This document shows, piece by piece, positions 1 through 9,431 of a DNA stretch of 64,000 nucleotides; the stretch's first letter is position 1; each line of letters begins with the position of its first letter. Source of the DNA: an uncultured Candidatus Saccharibacteria bacterium (GTDB taxonomy: Bacteria > Patescibacteriota > Saccharimonadia > Saccharimonadales > CAZJQT01). The stretch covers positions 15,901 to 79,900 of the forward strand of contig CAZJQT010000002.1 of assembly GCA_964548655.1 (NCBI GenBank), given 5' to 3'. The position numbers and the translations under genes are program-made. Under the pieces are notes generated by a model. That model was not told where the DNA came from. It made no database searches and saw nothing but the letters and a program-made list of their open reading frames with translations.

Positions 1-425
1 AGAACGCCAGCGTAAGCAAGTTCGACAAAGATGCCCCAACTACGTTCGCCCCATTGGATAAAGTCATGAAAGCGTGATAGCCAGTCTGTATCAGGCGCTG
101 TATTGCCGGTCTTTAAGTAGCGTATGTAGCGGGGTATTTGCAGCAAATCAGGGCTAGCGCACAAGACGCCACCCAGTACAATGATCTGCCAATGCACCGG
201 TTGTAAAAACACCAAACTGAGCAAGACGGCGCCGGCTAGAGCAGCATCAATTGGAAGTAGCCATTTCAAATTAGCGAAGGCTTTGGCTGGATTGTACTTA
301 TCACCATAGTGTGGCAAGGCATCTATGACAAAATGTGCCAGTAATGCTAAGGGCAAAGCGACCCATACTTGGTGGACGCTTGCTGCAATAACTGCCCCCG
401 TCAGAACGTGATTGGTGGCAGTCAT
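1..425 (-). CDS. membrane-bound metal-dependent hydrolase-like protein (YdjM/DUF457-like), C-terminal part outside window
   Basis: Minus-strand frame is open from ATG at 425..423 to the window edge, so it is absent from the ORF track. My translation is MTATNHVLTGAVIAASVHQVWVALPLALLAHFVIDALPHYGDKY..., which is multi-TM with a His/Asp motif. ATGA overlap with the hisS stop. Confidence 0.5.
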   Translation of the reverse strand, partial: MTATNHVLTGAVIAASVHQVWVALPLALLAHFVIDALPHYGDKYNPAKAFANLKWLLPIDAALAGAVLLSLVFLQPVHWQIIVLGGVLCASPDLLQIPRYIRYLKTGNTAPDTDWLSRFHDFIQWGERSWGIFVELAYAGV

Positions 426-1741
426 TTTTTACGATGGTCTTTGACCGCGCTAACGATGCGCTGCAAAGAATGCTTCTCTTCAACACCAGTCTTTAGGTTT
501 TTCAGAGTAAATTGTTGGTCATCTAGCTCTTTATCACCTATGAAAAGAATATAGTTAATGCCTTTTTTATCAGCACTTTTAATCTGTCTATCTAGTTTGC
601 GGCCGGTATAGTCCACCGCCGCATTGACGCCCATTTCGCGGAGCTCTTTAACTACTTGCTGAACCGGCTCAAAAACATCACCCAGCATGATGACATACAA
701 ATCAGTTTCAGCCCGCAGTTCTGGTATTAGCTTATTGACCTCCAGAAAGTTCTGCAGAGGGATATCACCCATACCAAAACCAACTGTTGGCACGGGCTCG
801 ACGCCAAACATCGCTATTAAGCCATCGTAGCGGCCACCACCAAACATGCTACGGTTATTTTCGGGATTGGTATCAAAAACCTCGAATGTTATGTCTGTGT
901 AGTAGTCAAAACCACGCATCAAACTGGGGTCAAATTGAATATTGGTTATATCTGCTTTGTTAAGCTGGCTAATACGCTCAGTGAGCTCTTTGGTTGATGG
1001 TAATTGTTGCAAACTGGCTGGTAGCGACTCAATTTTGGCAGTATCCAAAAACTCCAATAATTGCTGGCTGGTGCCATTGTCACGCTGGCTAGGGCTAAAA
1101 ACTGACTCCACTAAAGCGTTAAATTCGGTCGACTCAATCTTGGCACGTTTGTCTATTAGTTTTCTGAGAGTATTGGCCTGAGTCTCGTCAACTTTGAGGA
1201 TATTCAGCAAAAACTCGTCGACTAACTTGCGGCTATTAACCTTGATCTCGTAACTGGCGCGTTTAGCACCAAAAGATTGCATAACCGCGTCGGCTACCTG
1301 GATTATTTCCATATCAGCCTTAGAATCTTCAACGCCAAAAATATCAACATTGAGCTGATAGAACTCGCGACCGCGGCCCCGCTGAGTGCGCTCGTAGCGC
1401 CAACACTGCGGGATCGAATACCAGCGCAGTGGATAGGCCAATTCTTGGCGCCTTGCAGCCACCATACGGCTAACTGATGGTGTCATTTCAGTACGCACAA
1501 TTAATTTGCGCTCACCACGATCTTCAAAACTATAGGTCTGTTCGTTAATGATTTCTTCGTTGCCTTTGCTTAGGAATAGCTCAATTGGCTCTAAGATGGG
1601 CGAATCATACTCCTCGTAACCAAAACGCTCACAGACTTCACGCCACTTGGTAAAGATATATTTTTGTAGACGCTCGTCCTCCGGGTAGAAGTCGCGCGCA
1701 CCTTTGATTGGTTGGGTAGACAAAGTCATATTTTTCTCCAT
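422..1741 (-). CDS. hisS: histidine--tRNA ligase
   Basis: 439-aa ORF. The N-terminus ...PIKGARDFYPED and overall class II HisRS layout are recognisable. The true start is probably the ATG at 1729 (MTLST...), which has GGAG 7 nt upstream. Confidence 0.95.
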   Translation of the reverse strand: MEKNMTLSTQPIKGARDFYPEDERLQKYIFTKWREVCERFGYEEYDSPILEPIELFLSKGNEEIINEQTYSFEDRGERKLIVRTEMTPSVSRMVAARRQELAYPLRWYSIPQCWRYERTQRGRGREFYQLNVDIFGVEDSKADMEIIQVADAVMQSFGAKRASYEIKVNSRKLVDEFLLNILKVDETQANTLRKLIDKRAKIESTEFNALVESVFSPSQRDNGTSQQLLEFLDTAKIESLPASLQQLPSTKELTERISQLNKADITNIQFDPSLMRGFDYYTDITFEVFDTNPENNRSMFGGGRYDGLIAMFGVEPVPTVGFGMGDIPLQNFLEVNKLIPELRAETDLYVIMLGDVFEPVQQVVKELREMGVNAAVDYTGRKLDRQIKSADKKGINYILFIGDKELDDQQFTLKNLKTGVEEKHSLQRIVSAVKDHRKK

Positions 1742-1758
1742 TATAGCTTAAGTTATAT

Positions 1759-1783
1759 AAAAAACACCGGAGCAAGTCCGGCG
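1759..1783 (-). terminator. hairpin plus U6 tract just upstream of hisS
   Basis: Minus strand reads cgCCGGActtgcTCCGGtgTTTTTT. The 3' arm GCTCCGGTG (1773..1765) also has a perfect 9-nt complement, CACCGGAGC, at 1828..1820. Confidence 0.45.
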
Positions 1784-1912
1784 TTAGATTCTCTAAGACA
1801 ATAGTTAATTAACCGACAAGCTCCGGTGATGTATGTGAATGAAGTTGGTTAGACAAACTAAACATAGATTAAATAATAACACGTATTTCGATCTTTGTAA
1901 ACCTTGAGTCTT

Positions 1913-2185
1913 TTAGGTGTCCTCTAGTTCCTCTAAATCACACTGGTGATCGATAAGTTCTATTAAGCGTGGAGATAGCCAGGATGAAGCACGCATTTCG
2001 GCCGAAGGTCTCTTGGTGCGCATTTGTTTTACTAAACCGCGTAGAGAGCTTGTGTTAGGCTCAACTCCCTCTGGCACCTGAGCAACCATAAAATCGAGAA
2101 GCTCATCTGCGTCTATCCCAGAAAATGTATCGGGAGGCAGGTCAACGATCCCATCTGACAAATCGAAATATACTTGTTCAGTCAT
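1913..2185 (-). CDS. hypothetical small acidic protein (90 aa)
   Basis: ORF only; no recognisable motif and no clear SD. Confidence 0.4.
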   Translation of the reverse strand: MTEQVYFDLSDGIVDLPPDTFSGIDADELLDFMVAQVPEGVEPNTSSLRGLVKQMRTKRPSAEMRASSWLSPRLIELIDHQCDLEELEDT

Positions 2186-2340
2186 AGTCCACTAGAAGTA
2201 TATCACTGTCAGGAGAGAGGACTTGGTCACCTCCGGCGACCCCGAAACTACGTCTTTCAAAACAAGTTTTGAAGAGTAGGTTTCCTTGCGAATTGCCACA
2301 AGGCAATTCTCACCTATCGGTTCAAGTCCCAGGCTTCATT

Positions 2341-2366
2341 ACAACAAAACGACCACAAGGGTCGTC
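2341..2366 (-). terminator. intrinsic terminator downstream of tRNA-Leu
   Basis: Minus strand reads GACGACC-cttgt-GGTCGT followed by TTTGTTGT. It is nested inside an outer inverted repeat, TTACAAC (2339..2345) / GTTGTAA (2369..2375). Confidence 0.6.
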
Positions 2367-2375
2367 AGGTTGTAA

Positions 2376-2459
2376 TGGTGCGCGAGAGAGGACTTGAACC
2401 TCCATGCCTTGCGGCACTAGCTCCTAAGGCTAGCGTGTCTACCATTTCACCACTCGCGC
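2376..2459 (-). tRNA. tRNA-Leu (anticodon TAG), CCA encoded
   Basis: Hand-folded cloverleaf: GCGCGAG TG GTG-AAATGGTAGA-CAC G CTAGC CTTAGGA GCTAG TGCCGCAAGGCAT (long variable arm) GGAGG TTCAAGT CCTCT CTCGCGC A CCA. Confidence 0.9.
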
Positions 2460-2513
2460 ACGCTCGCGTCATTATATGTAAATTTTACAGAAGGTGCTAG
2501 ACTGTAATTAATT

Positions 2514-3176
2514 ATGGCTAAAGACAGAGCAGATGGCAAAACTCTACCTACTGCCTTTTCATTATTTAAACCCAGCTTAAATTCTGTTTTGAAAAACTGG
2601 GATAGCTTCTTTATCTTCGCGCTCGTTCCAGCTATATACAGCCAATTCGTAAGCCGGCTTTTTAACTCTAAAGTGATCGACTCGTTTGAAACCCTCAAAT
2701 CAATCAATCATATTGGCTTGTATGTCGCAGTCCTAGTCGTAGTTAGCCTACTAACTCTGCCTATTATTCCTTATTTGCAGCTCAGGAGTGCCCAAAATAA
2801 ACGTATAGCTCCCATGAAAGCGTTCAATGAAGGCGTGCCGTTTTTTTGGAGGCTGTTAGGTCTGGGTTTGATAGTTGGCCTCATGGTTTTTGCTGGCTTT
2901 TTGCTGTTTATTATACCTGGACTAATTGTCATCAGACGCTATATTTTGGCGCCATATTATTTGATAGACCAGGACTTGTCGATTAGTGAAGCTATGAAGA
3001 AAAGTGCCGAACAATCCAAGCACCATTCGGTGGCCATCTGGTACGTCATAGGCGTTAACGGCCTCTTGAGCTTGACTGCGATCATACCGGTCGTTGGTGC
3101 CGTAGTTAGCCTGTTACTGACCACCGCCTACAGTTGCGCCTTGCCCTACCGTTATTTGCAAATATCTAAAGCCTAA
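2514..3176 (+). CDS. integral membrane protein, unknown function
   Basis: 220-aa ORF with several long hydrophobic segments. Confidence 0.6.
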   Translation: MAKDRADGKTLPTAFSLFKPSLNSVLKNWDSFFIFALVPAIYSQFVSRLFNSKVIDSFETLKSINHIGLYVAVLVVVSLLTLPIIPYLQLRSAQNKRIAPMKAFNEGVPFFWRLLGLGLIVGLMVFAGFLLFIIPGLIVIRRYILAPYYLIDQDLSISEAMKKSAEQSKHHSVAIWYVIGVNGLLSLTAIIPVVGAVVSLLLTTAYSCALPYRYLQISKA

Positions 3177-3706
3177 GTCTTTTTATAAACTCTTAGAACT
3201 GCATCGCCGTAAGATTTGTCGGCGGCCAGAGTGTAACTAGTGTCTGATAATGCAAAATTTGAAGTTGGTGGCAGCGAGTAAATAATTACCCCATCTGGTT
3301 TCAGTTGGCTGGCTAGTTTCTCTAATAACTCCGGTCGGACATCGTCATATGGCGGGTCACAAAAAATAACATGAAACTGTTTATCGGTATTATTGTCTAG
3401 CCAGTTGTTAACATTGGCCTTGGTAACCTTAGCTGAAGCTTGCAAGTCAAGACTACGAATATTGTCAGTAATCGCTCGGAAAGCATTCTTATCACTATCA
3501 ATTAGTGTGGCATGAGTAGCCCCGCGACTAATAGCCTCTAGACCAAGCGCGCCGCTGCCGGCAAAAACATCTAGCACTTCTAGACCTTCTATATCACCTA
3601 ATAGGTTGAAGATTGCGCCACGAACTTTTTCGCTCATTGGGTGAGTTCTGTTACCGCGCGGGCTATCAAAAGCCCGGCCACCAAAACGGCCGGCAATTAT
3701 CCTCAT
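3173..3706 (-). CDS. rsmD: 16S rRNA (guanine966-N2)-methyltransferase RsmD
   Basis: MRIIAGRFGGR..., the SAM motif VLDVFAGSGALGLEAISRGA, and the DPPY motif (FCDPPY). Confidence 0.85.
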   Translation of the reverse strand: MRIIAGRFGGRAFDSPRGNRTHPMSEKVRGAIFNLLGDIEGLEVLDVFAGSGALGLEAISRGATHATLIDSDKNAFRAITDNIRSLDLQASAKVTKANVNNWLDNNTDKQFHVIFCDPPYDDVRPELLEKLASQLKPDGVIIYSLPPTSNFALSDTSYTLAADKSYGDAVLRVYKKT

Positions 3707-3708
3707 GG

Positions 3709-4518
3709 TTAAACCAGTCCAGCTTTAACTAAGGCGTCGTACCAAACTAAGGTTACGGTTTTAACCATCAGCGGTCCTAGCTGATGCCTAACCTGATAGG
3801 CTAGCTTGGGCGTCCAGCCTTTATCTATAAACTTACTGTACATATCCAAGACACCAATCTCGCGGGCAATGTGCTTAAAATACTCGACTGACCCCAATTC
3901 TGCGATTGTCTCCAGATCGGATGCTTGTGGTGCGGTATCTTTGAAACTAAGGGGTTTTAGCAGTGTGGCCACACCCATCTCAAACATACCATGAGATACA
4001 ACCAGGCCCTTAGCCCCCCACATTTTCCAATTGTTTCGCAACTTTTCGGCGGCTGTATCGCCTGGGATCACCCATTTCTCCTTAATTGTTACGCGTGTTT
4101 CGAGCCCTTTGCCACCACGTAGCTCACTAAGTGCTTCCTCGTACGGATAGTGATGAGCCGGCGTTAGGCCATCAACTAAAGCGTGAGCTAACCATGCCGC
4201 TTCAAAGGCGGCTTTCTCCTGGTTCTTGGCCTTGAGTTCCTTGACCAAGTTCTGGAAATGGCTATCGATGAGGTCAAACATCTCCTTGTGAGTGTCATCA
4301 AAAGGATTGAAATAGTGCCATGGCTCGTCCTTGGCTGGACTTTTACGTTTGATAGCGTCAGGACCATTTTTGCCCTCAAAATGTAGGATGTTTTTAGTTA
4401 GCGGAAAGCTAGATGATGGCGCGATCAGTTTGAGGTGTTTACGAGCGACCCGATCAATCTTTTGGTGCGTACCTAACAAACGCCCGGAAAACCTAGTCAA
4501 TGTTAAGCCTGAATACAT
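3709..4518 (-). CDS. hypothetical protein, possibly zinc phospholipase C / P1 nuclease-like fold
   Basis: 269-aa ORF. His/Asp-rich segments (WLAHALVDGLTPAHH) are the only hint of function. Confidence 0.55.
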   Translation of the reverse strand: MYSGLTLTRFSGRLLGTHQKIDRVARKHLKLIAPSSSFPLTKNILHFEGKNGPDAIKRKSPAKDEPWHYFNPFDDTHKEMFDLIDSHFQNLVKELKAKNQEKAAFEAAWLAHALVDGLTPAHHYPYEEALSELRGGKGLETRVTIKEKWVIPGDTAAEKLRNNWKMWGAKGLVVSHGMFEMGVATLLKPLSFKDTAPQASDLETIAELGSVEYFKHIAREIGVLDMYSKFIDKGWTPKLAYQVRHQLGPLMVKTVTLVWYDALVKAGLV

Positions 4519-4527
4519 AGAAATCCT

Positions 4528-6585
4528 CTAATTCAAATTGGTAACACTGCGCAGATGAACTATGCGCTTATGAAGACGCTTGTATTTTAGCAGATCCTCT
4601 TTGCTATCAATGAACTCTTGGGCTGACTGGCGCGCATCGGCAATCAGCTTGGTATCCGATAATTTAGCCACTCTAAGGTCAAGTTCACCATGCTGCATAG
4701 TGCCATAGATTGCACCCGGACCGCGCAGTTCTAGATCGTATTCAGCCAGTTTAAAGCCATCGCTAGAGCTAGCCACCATTTTTAGGCGTCTGGATGGTTC
4801 CTGGCTATCAGATAGCATCAAATAGCAGTAACCCTGCTGTTCACTGCGGCCAACCCGGCCGCGCAACTGATGGATCTGGGCCAGGCCAAAACGTTCGGGG
4901 CTCTCCAGCAACATGATGCTGGCGTTCGGCACATCGACACCTACCTCAATAACAGTGGTAGTAACTAACAAATCCAGCTCACGGTTGATAAATTTCTGCA
5001 TCAAATTGTCTTTTTCGTTAGCTTTAAGTCGACCATGCAATAACCCCAGCTTATATTTTTTGAATGGACCATTTTGGAGTTCTTTGTAAACTTTCTCGGC
5101 CGATTTAGCGTCAAGCATTTCCGATTCCGCTATCAGCGGGCAAACTACAAAAACTTGGCGACCGGCATCAATTTCTTGTTTCAAATGGTCATAAGTTTTG
5201 GCCCGGTCAGTAGGCAAAACTAGCTTAGTTATGATGGGTTTTCTATCGGCTGGCTTTTGAGTAATAACCGAAATATCTAGTTCACCATACAGAGTTAGTG
5301 CTAGACTGCGCGGGATTGGCGTGGCCGTTAGGCTCAGCACATGCGGCGCATGGCCAGCTTTGGCTAGCAGTTTTTTGCGTTCTTCAACGCCAAAACGGTG
5401 CTGCTCATCGATGATAACCAGTCCAAGCTTGTGCATGTCAACTTTTTCGACGATTAAGGCGTGGGTGCCAATCATAAAACGCACGTCACCCTTCTTTATA
5501 CGTTCTTGAGCGGTTTTTTTCTGGGCCGGTTTAAGACTGCCTATCAACAAACTAACCTGGTCAGCATAGCCAAGTGGCTCGAGAAGTTTGTAGATAGTAT
5601 CAGCGTGTTGTCGGGCTAATAGCTCAGTTGGGGCCATGAAAGCTACCTGAAAACCTTGCTCCATAGCCATCAAAGCTGCCATGGTCGCTACAACCGTTTT
5701 ACCCGATCCAACGTCGCCCTCAACCAAACGGTTCATTGGGTGAGGCTTTTGCAGGTCTAGGTAAATCTGCCAAACGGTTTTGCGCTGCGCGTCTGTTAGT
5801 TTGAACGGCAAATGCGACACAAAATCTTTGGCCAACTTTTCTTTAAATGGAATTTCAGGCGAATGTTCTTGTAGTAGTTCGTATTTGTTTAACAGGGCCG
5901 CTAGACTGAGCTGGAAAACCTCTTCAAAGCCGAGCCGCCGCTTAGCTTCGACTAACTCCTCGGCTCCTAGCGGGAAATGCATCATTTCGTAGGCAGTAGA
6001 GCGGCTTGTCAGTTGGTTTTGGTTAATAACCCAAGCTGGTAGGGTTTCGGGTAGTTTTCTAATAAGCGGTGTCACTTCACGCAGCAACTTCCGGATTTGG
6101 TGGGATTTAAACCCTTTGGTTTCACGGTAGACAGGTACAATCCTGGCCGTGCTAACCGGAAAGTCGCTGACTAGTTCAACCGAAGGGTTCAGGACACTAT
6201 GTTTTGGCCCACTACCTTGAAATTCACCAGATATAAAGTATTCAGCATCAGGTTTTAGGCCACCTGCCCGGTAGGGCTGATTAAACCAAGTCAGGCGTAC
6301 ACTACCAGACTGGTCAGAAGCCACTGCTTCAGTAATGTGCAAGCCACGGCGCACATACCGACCTTTGGCCTGCTTAATAACAACCTTTAGCGAGACTGGG
6401 CCTGGTCTGATCTGGCTAATAGTCTGAACGTTAGAGTAATCATCGTAACGGCGCGGCAAATAATCAATTAATTCACCAATAGTTTTGACACCAAGAATAT
6501 TTAATTTCTTAGCAACTTCCGGACCGACGCCCTTTATGACCGTAATCGAACTCTCTAAAGTCATAACAACAGTATAGACGGACAA
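4528..6585 (-). CDS. recG: ATP-dependent DNA helicase RecG
   Basis: Wedge domain plus SF2 helicase motifs: GDVGSGKTVVA, DEQHRFG, TATPIPRSL. Confidence 0.95.
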   Translation of the reverse strand: MSVYTVVMTLESSITVIKGVGPEVAKKLNILGVKTIGELIDYLPRRYDDYSNVQTISQIRPGPVSLKVVIKQAKGRYVRRGLHITEAVASDQSGSVRLTWFNQPYRAGGLKPDAEYFISGEFQGSGPKHSVLNPSVELVSDFPVSTARIVPVYRETKGFKSHQIRKLLREVTPLIRKLPETLPAWVINQNQLTSRSTAYEMMHFPLGAEELVEAKRRLGFEEVFQLSLAALLNKYELLQEHSPEIPFKEKLAKDFVSHLPFKLTDAQRKTVWQIYLDLQKPHPMNRLVEGDVGSGKTVVATMAALMAMEQGFQVAFMAPTELLARQHADTIYKLLEPLGYADQVSLLIGSLKPAQKKTAQERIKKGDVRFMIGTHALIVEKVDMHKLGLVIIDEQHRFGVEERKKLLAKAGHAPHVLSLTATPIPRSLALTLYGELDISVITQKPADRKPIITKLVLPTDRAKTYDHLKQEIDAGRQVFVVCPLIAESEMLDAKSAEKVYKELQNGPFKKYKLGLLHGRLKANEKDNLMQKFINRELDLLVTTTVIEVGVDVPNASIMLLESPERFGLAQIHQLRGRVGRSEQQGYCYLMLSDSQEPSRRLKMVASSSDGFKLAEYDLELRGPGAIYGTMQHGELDLRVAKLSDTKLIADARQSAQEFIDSKEDLLKYKRLHKRIVHLRSVTNLN

Positions 6586-6593
6586 TCAGCTTT

Positions 6594-7271
6594 TCAGACG
6601 ATAACGATCCCACCAATGTCGGCAAAGACCTTGAGCATGGTCAGCTCTTGTTCTTCGGTCATCTCGACCCTCTGAAGAGAATTACCCTCATAGCCAGTTT
6701 CTGCAAATGGGCTATACCAAACATGAGCATTCAAAGTAGTTGGTTCAGCTTGTTGATACTGATAACGTTGCATTAAATAGCTAACGACTAGAGCTCCTCT
6801 TCTGGTTGCAAAATGGAATCGTGCCGACAGTTCTCGGGCATAGTCAAAATGACCATCTGTAAATTTTGCATATTTCATGTCGCCATCAACTTTTATCTGT
6901 CGCCCTTCCCAACGGTTATCCCAATAGAATGTTTCGAGCGACACCGCCTCGGGAACCATCAAAGTATTGCTGCTAATTTTGGCCCTTTCACTCCTGCCGC
7001 CATGCAGTCTTAAGTCTTTTCCGGCGCCGGCTAACAAAAGCCGTTGATCAATTGCTTCTGCTACAACATTAGCTCTGGACAAGGCTTCTTGGGGATCGAG
7101 TACAGATTCTATGCTCCACTCTGCCCAATCCCAGTTCTCTCGCCGTCTATCCCATATTGCATCAGAAATAGACTTAAAAAGATTGGCTGAGTGTAAAGGC
7201 TCTGGGTCTTCAATAGAAATCTGTGGTTTACCCTCTTCATAAGGGAAGACTACTGTATGCGTTTCTGCCAT
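6594..7271 (-). CDS. hypothetical protein (225 aa)
   Basis: ORF packed tightly between the methyltransferase gene and recG; no recognisable motif. Confidence 0.65.
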   Translation of the reverse strand: MAETHTVVFPYEEGKPQISIEDPEPLHSANLFKSISDAIWDRRRENWDWAEWSIESVLDPQEALSRANVVAEAIDQRLLLAGAGKDLRLHGGRSERAKISSNTLMVPEAVSLETFYWDNRWEGRQIKVDGDMKYAKFTDGHFDYARELSARFHFATRRGALVVSYLMQRYQYQQAEPTTLNAHVWYSPFAETGYEGNSLQRVEMTEEQELTMLKVFADIGGIVIV

Positions 7272-7322
7272 GATTTGTTTATTATCCTTCGATTTTGCAG
7301 CGTTGCAAGCATGAGCAAGAAG

Positions 7323-8084
7323 TTACTGGGCTTTTTTGATGAGGAAAAAGACACTAGGACCAAAGTAGGTTTTGGCTAGAGTTGGCTGCATAAGCTTCTC
7401 TGCACTTAGCATCAGAGCTCTGGGCACAATTTTCTTAAGAGCTGGACTGCGCAAATTTGAAACCGACAGAACCTTCTCAACCTTCAGGCCGGCATGCGCA
7501 AGTTGTTTAATGACAGTTTTTGGATTGTGATTTACAAACGGTATTTCATCCTCACGCTTATTTTTGGCCGAACGGATATCAACCGGCTCTTGAGGCAAAC
7601 GTTTATTACGCAAAAAATACTTTAGTCGGTTCCTGAAATGGGCAAAGTTAGCAACCTCTAAAATCAGATAACCATCATCACTTAGAACCCGGTGTAGTTC
7701 GCTGAGTTCAGGCACCGGGTTTGGTAAATGGTGCATGACGCGGATCATAGTAATGAGGTCAAAGGATTTGTCGGCAAAATCCAGTTTGTCAGCTTGGGTG
7801 AGCTTACGTTCAATTTCTGGATGATCTTTCAGGTAGTCTTTGGCAATATCGAGCTGTTGCTGTGATGGTTCAGCCAAAGTCACTTTGTCGGCATAATTTT
7901 CTAGCAGGACACAAAGTCGGCCGTAACCACCACCAACATCTACGGCATTTTTGAAGTGCTTGCCTTTTAATAATCTTTTAATGGCCATTTCCTCAGCCGC
8001 GTTTTCATAGTCGCGACCACGCCAATAGTACAAATAGTTATGTTTGGGATCGTTATATTGGTCAGCTTTTTTGTTAGCCATCAC
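7323..8084 (-). CDS. class I SAM-dependent methyltransferase
   Basis: SAM-binding motif VDVGGGYGRL, followed by DLITMIRVMHHLP. Confidence 0.85.
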   Translation of the reverse strand: MMANKKADQYNDPKHNYLYYWRGRDYENAAEEMAIKRLLKGKHFKNAVDVGGGYGRLCVLLENYADKVTLAEPSQQQLDIAKDYLKDHPEIERKLTQADKLDFADKSFDLITMIRVMHHLPNPVPELSELHRVLSDDGYLILEVANFAHFRNRLKYFLRNKRLPQEPVDIRSAKNKREDEIPFVNHNPKTVIKQLAHAGLKVEKVLSVSNLRSPALKKIVPRALMLSAEKLMQPTLAKTYFGPSVFFLIKKAQ

Positions 8085-8104
8085 GATGTAGCAGTATAGC
8101 AGAG

Positions 8105-9340
8105 CTAGCTTAGGTTGATGATGGCAAAGCTATTTTTGCCACGTTTAAGCAGGTTGGTGCCTTTTCTAAAGCCGTCTTCGGTAGGGGTCTTCTGGCCATT
8201 TATGGAAATTGCTCCGGAATTTATAAAGTTATTTGCCTCAGTATTGGAAGTTGCCAAGCCAGCGCTAACCAAAATAGCCGTTAGGCTATCCGTTTTATTG
8301 GCATTAACTACTGTTAATTCCGCTGATAACATAGCGACTTCGTCGTGTGTCAGATCTAGGAATGAGCCTTTGCCAAACAAAACCTCACTAACGCGTTTAA
8401 CTGCTTTAGCTTTGTCTTGGCCATGCACTAAACTCGTGGTCTCATAGGCTAGAGTCTTTTGGGCTAGACGACCGGCTTTGTCAGCCTCAAACTCTTTCAT
8501 GAGTTTGCCATGTTCAGCTTGATCAAGCTGGGTGTATATTTTCAGGTAGTCACCGACTCCTTCATCATCCAGGTTTAGCCAAAACTGATAGAACTGGTAA
8601 ACACTCGTCATTTCAGGGTCAAGCCAAACTGCACCGTCTTCGCTTTTGCCAAATTTCTTTCCGTTTGTCTTATTAACCACCAAAGGGGCGGACCAAACAT
8701 GCGCCTCGGTACCATTAATACGGCGTATCAAATCTACACCCGCTATACTGTTTCCCCATTGATCTGAACCACAAAGTTGCAAAGTAACGCCCATTTTTTT
8801 GTTCATATACAAAAAGTCATAAGCCTGTATAAGTACGTAGCTAAATTCGGCATAACTTATGCCGGCACCGTCCTCGCTCAAACGAGTTTCTACAAAATCT
8901 CTGCCAAGCATTTGCCGCATTGGAACATGTTTGCCGACTTCGCGCAAAAACTGAAGATATCCCATATCCTTAAACCAATCGTAGTTATCAACTAGGGTGA
9001 AATTATCCCCGAATAACTGCTTGTATTGTCTGGAAATAGCTTGTTTGTTTGCGGAGATTTCATCTAAGGTCTTGAGTGTGCGTTCCTCGTCTTTGCCATC
9101 TGGGTCACCAATCATACCTGTGGCACCGCCAACTAATAGGATGGCTTTGTGTCCATGATGAATAAAATGTTTGATCATCATCATGATAGCTAAGTTACCA
9201 ATTTGCATAGATTTGGCGCTTGGGTCCACGCCTAGGTAAAACGTTATCGGTTTGCTGTCCAGCACAGCTATGTCTTTATAGGTTGTCTGATTGACGAAAC
9301 CACGCCATTTCAACTCTTCTGAGAGGGTCATTTTGGTCAT
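8105..9340 (-). CDS. tyrS: tyrosine--tRNA ligase
   Basis: Class I aaRS with KFGKS (the KMSKS motif) and a C-terminal S4-like domain. Confidence 0.95.
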   Translation of the reverse strand: MTKMTLSEELKWRGFVNQTTYKDIAVLDSKPITFYLGVDPSAKSMQIGNLAIMMMIKHFIHHGHKAILLVGGATGMIGDPDGKDEERTLKTLDEISANKQAISRQYKQLFGDNFTLVDNYDWFKDMGYLQFLREVGKHVPMRQMLGRDFVETRLSEDGAGISYAEFSYVLIQAYDFLYMNKKMGVTLQLCGSDQWGNSIAGVDLIRRINGTEAHVWSAPLVVNKTNGKKFGKSEDGAVWLDPEMTSVYQFYQFWLNLDDEGVGDYLKIYTQLDQAEHGKLMKEFEADKAGRLAQKTLAYETTSLVHGQDKAKAVKRVSEVLFGKGSFLDLTHDEVAMLSAELTVVNANKTDSLTAILVSAGLATSNTEANNFINSGAISINGQKTPTEDGFRKGTNLLKRGKNSFAIINLS

Positions 9341-9392
9341 TTACAGACAGTATAACTTACCTTTGGTAAAAACGCTTGTACGCAGATATTTT

Positions 9393-9401
9393 TGGTATAA
9401 T
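9393..9401 (+). promoter_or_regulatory. extended -10 promoter element (TGgTATAAT) for the PBP gene
   Basis: TGGTATAAT lies 31 nt upstream of the ATG at 9432; no good -35 element. Confidence 0.4.
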
Positions 9402-9431
9402 AGTCTGGTTACATGCGAGTAATAACTACAC

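Noticed and set aside
2269-2340. Possible plus-strand tRNA ending in GGTTCAAGTCC
   Set aside because: Only 3 of 5 T-stem pairs and 5 acceptor pairs form, there is no D arm, and the would-be anticodon arm is an 8-bp stem with a 4-nt loop. This is not a cloverleaf.
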